Positions 61,184 to 64,000 of a DNA stretch of 64,000 nt are shown here, piece by piece (positions within the stretch are counted from its first letter, which is position 1; each line of letters begins with the position of its first letter). Made by a program: the position numbers and the translations under genes. The notes below the pieces were generated by a model. The model did no database searches, was not told where the DNA came from, and saw only the letters and a program-made list of their open reading frames with translations. This DNA is from Malacoraja senta. Lineage: Eukaryota. The stretch is taken from NCBI GenBank assembly GCA_038087875.1, contig CM075996.1:1054001-1118000 (forward strand), written 5' to 3'.

Positions 61184-61766
61184 TGCCATCCATAAATAAA
61201 GCTGCAGCTGCAGAACCAACTGAACCAGCTCCGTCGGAGGTTGGCGCAAAAAAGCGACTCCCCACAAAGCGGTGCCTGGCCGAGCTCAGACCGTCATCGA
61301 GCCTTCAGCAGAAGGAGCAGCTGATGCCACTAAAGAGAAGGCGTACAGAAGTCGAGGTCCATGCAGATAATCCTACAGTAACTGATTTGCGAAGGAAACA
61401 CAGCTCCTCCCGAATTGACCACGTCAACTTTGTGGCAAAGACTTACAGAAAGGAGAGCCAGCCGTTCTCAAATCGGAGCAACACTCTCGCCAATGAAGGA
61501 TCTAAATTTGTGAACATGGCTCCACATATCAAAAGAAGCTGCACACCAGCAGTGTCCAAGAAGAGGAAAGCTCCATGCAGCACCACTCCCAACAGTGGTA
61601 TCCGCCCCGCGATGTCAAGTGATTGCATTTTGAATGAAACCTTTGAAACTGCAAAAGGGTGTGATCAGGATGCCACCATAATTCTTGGCCCATCAGCTGA
61701 TCAAAGACTCGCAGATACCCTGAACCACAGCACAATGCCGCAGACCAACAACTCGTTTCTACAAAG
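61184..61766 (+). CDS. KIF18B: Coding exon 13 (disordered tail with basic clusters PLKRRR and SKKRK)
   Basis: Polypyrimidine tract plus TAG acceptor; phase 1 in and phase 2 out (AG|GTTTGA) fit both neighbours; long open frame. Confidence 0.78.
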
Positions 61767-61944
61767 GTTTGACTCGTTTTATTCATATTTTCCTCGTACC
61801 ATTATCCCAATAGAATTTATTATGGACATCATTGAGATGGAGAGGATTGCACCACAGTCACCTGCCAACAATTTTTTACTTGTCACTGCTCCAGATCCCT
61901 AGTTAAGCCTGTTTGTAGGATCGCCCTCCATTATTCCAACCACG

Positions 61945-62165
61945 TTTAGTGTAGAGATACAGCATGGACACAGGCCCTTTGGCCCATCAAGACCACGTGG
62001 ACCAACGATCACCCATTCACACTATTTCTATGCTATCCTACTTTCTCATCCACCCTGTACACACGAGGGGCAATTTACAGAGGCCAATTACTCTGCAAAC
62101 TTGCACGTCTGTGGAATGGGAGCAAACCGGGGCACCAGGAGCAAACCCACACGGTCACACAGAGA
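61945..62165 (-). mobile_element. Degraded HE1-like SINE
   Basis: tttagtgtagagatacagcatggacacaggccc...acccacacggtcacacagagaa. Confidence 0.65.
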
Positions 62166-62999
62166 ATAATCTGGGCACAGGCTTGGTGAGCCGATCAATC
62201 TCAGTGGGGTTTGTACCATTTGAGGGAGGGAAGGGGAGGATAAAACTGTTCTAATTTTATTTCATTATTTTTATTTTCAGCTAATTTTAATTCAAAAGAA
62301 GCTATTAAACATTTCTGATAATCAGAAATTGTTTGAAAACGTTGAAGCAAAGTATGTTGTAGATCTAATCAGTGTTGGTGTGATTAAGTTCTGTCATACA
62401 TTGAAAATCAAAAAATCTGCAGATGCTGCAGAAATAAAAGACGTGAAATGCTCAATAGGTCGGGCAGCATGTGTGGAAAAAGAGCCAGAGATAATGATTC
62501 AGTTTAAAGCTAATGTGTTTTCTCCCCCAACCCATTCTGGCAAGCTTCCACCTGAAATATTAGGTGGACAAAAATGCTGAAGAAATTCAGCGGGTGAGGA
62601 AGGAATTTCCTTCGCTCCATAGATGCTGCCTCACCCGCTGAGTTTCTCCAGCATTTTTGTCTACCTTCGATTTTCCAGGATCTGCAGTCCCTTCTTTTTT
62701 TTTCTTCTTTTAAAAAAAAAGATTTTAATTTTATTAGAAGTAAGTACAATCGTATGGCACCAAAGTGCCTAATATATATTTTCATAATACATTTTATGTA
62801 CAGCTTCTTATTTTTGCAGTTCCTTCTTAAACCTTTCACTTTACACAGATGCTGTCGGACTTCCTGAATGTTTCCCACTTTTCTGTTATGACATATTTAA
62901 ATAACTTCAAGAAAGAGAAAAACTAATAGACCCGTTAATGTGGCTTATTTTCTTTGCTTAAGTCTTTGTTCAGCGATGTCCTTTATTTTATACTTGCAG

Positions 63000-63137
63000 A
63001 TTGGACCTGCCGAGATTTGCAGTTAAAAACCAGCCTAGCGTCCTGTACACGGCTAAAAACCCATACGCGACTGTCAGCAGATCCGTCACGAGAACAAACA
63101 CCAGAGTAACAGGACAGCGGAAAAAAAGATATTCAAG
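63000..63137 (+). CDS. KIF18B: Coding exon 14 (LDLPRFAVKNQP...RKKRYS); gene continues beyond the window
   Basis: TTGCAG acceptor, phase 2 in, AG|GTCAGT donor; no stop codon reached. Confidence 0.7.
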
Positions 63138-64000
63138 GTCAGTCGGTACAGGTGGAATGCATAATAGGAAGGGGCAGGAGAGTTACATGAGATATCCTCT
63201 CCCCCTCCCCCTCCCCCTTCCCTCTCTCTCCTCTTTCCTGCTGCAGCTTTCACTCCTTCCGTCTGTCCCTTGCTCCCCCCCCCGTGTGTGTGTATGTGTG
63301 TGCGCCTCTCTCTCTCCCTCCTTCCGTCCCCCTCACCCGTTGCCAGTGGTGAGTGAGGTTTGATGGCTCCCAGACGTCAGCTGTTGCCGTTGTGTGAATG
63401 TGAACGCTGGAGAGCGTTCCCAAGCTCTTTAATAACCAGCCAGATGGTCTTCACTAATGGGGGGAAAAGAAGTTGGTGGTGCATGAGAAGCTGGAATTGC
63501 AAGAATGTGAACATCAGAGTGTTGGATCGGGGAATGTTCAAAGGTTGGGAAACCCACCGAGGTGTTTAATTACAAGGGGAATTTAGAATTATATCATTAA
63601 TGGTTATCAGGGCAAAGCATGTTCCATTTAACCATTCACATGTAAAATAAAAAAACTGCCATTCTTTTATAGTTTATTGGTGTGGTTAATTATGGTTATC
63701 TAAATATTTAACAATCTTAACGTTTAATATTTAGCAAAGCATTAACAATTTTAGGTTATAAAACCAAACTAAAGGACTGTTGACGGTAAGAGCTTGTTGA
63801 CTGCTAAAGATGTAAGTTCCCTCTATAGACCCCCTGAATTGTGATGTTCATAGTCATGCAACATGGAAACAGGCTTCACCCAATACATCCATGCCAACCA
63901 CGTGCCTTCCTGAACTAGTCTCGTACACACCAGAGGAGGTGATTGAGGCAGGTACTGTAACAACATTTGAAAGACATTTGGACAGATGAATAGAAAAAAT

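Larger units (their letters stand above)
11195..63137 (+). other. KIF18B: Kinesin-8 gene span (14 coding exons in the window, 3' incomplete)
   Basis: All 13 internal splice junctions are phase-consistent. Motor motifs [22 protein letters not shown] and [10 protein letters not shown] are present. KIF18B-type residues (recalled from human sequences): LLEPKG, LSFHQ, PTDANA, REGANIN, NCRTVMI, SLDCHIS. Confidence 0.8.

Noticed and set aside
61096-61902. Stand-alone 268-aa gene or terminal exon ending at 61902
   Set aside because: Phase-matched splice sites at 61184 and 61766 place it as an internal exon; the flanking codons are intronic read-through.
11195-63137. Calling the gene KIF18A or KIF19
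   Set aside because: Diagnostic motor and neck residues favour KIF18B. KIF18A is not fully excluded without a phylogeny.

Overview
Vertebrate genomic DNA, most likely a cartilaginous fish (skate/ray). That assignment is inferred from HE1-type V-SINEs, DeuSINEs, abundant CR1 LINEs and Neptune-type Penelope remnants. The window is dominated by one + strand multi-exon kinesin-8 gene, best called KIF18B. It has a CpG-island promoter at ~6.1-6.9 kb and 14 phase-consistent coding exons from 11195 to 63137 (2666 nt, 888 codons), and it continues past the window end. Two of its introns have GC donors. The introns hold a young CR1 with an SGNH-esterase ORF1 fragment and an uninterrupted APE-RT ORF2, several truncated CR1s, a Penelope GIY-YIG remnant, many short Penelope-tail insertions, a Harbinger fossil with two nested retro-elements, MITEs and SINEs. 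Upstream lie a ~950-bp (GGGTGT)n-type satellite, an 18-bp minisatellite and a second, divergently oriented CCAAT-GC-TATA promoter. The strongest hypotheses are: (1) an in-phase U_UUA_AAC -1 frameshift heptamer at the CR1 ORF1 stop, which would fuse ORF1 to ORF2; (2) minimal hammerhead-ribozyme cores in the Penelope-derived mini-insertions, whose boundaries cluster at the ribozyme. All calls were made by eye; no alignments or searches were run.
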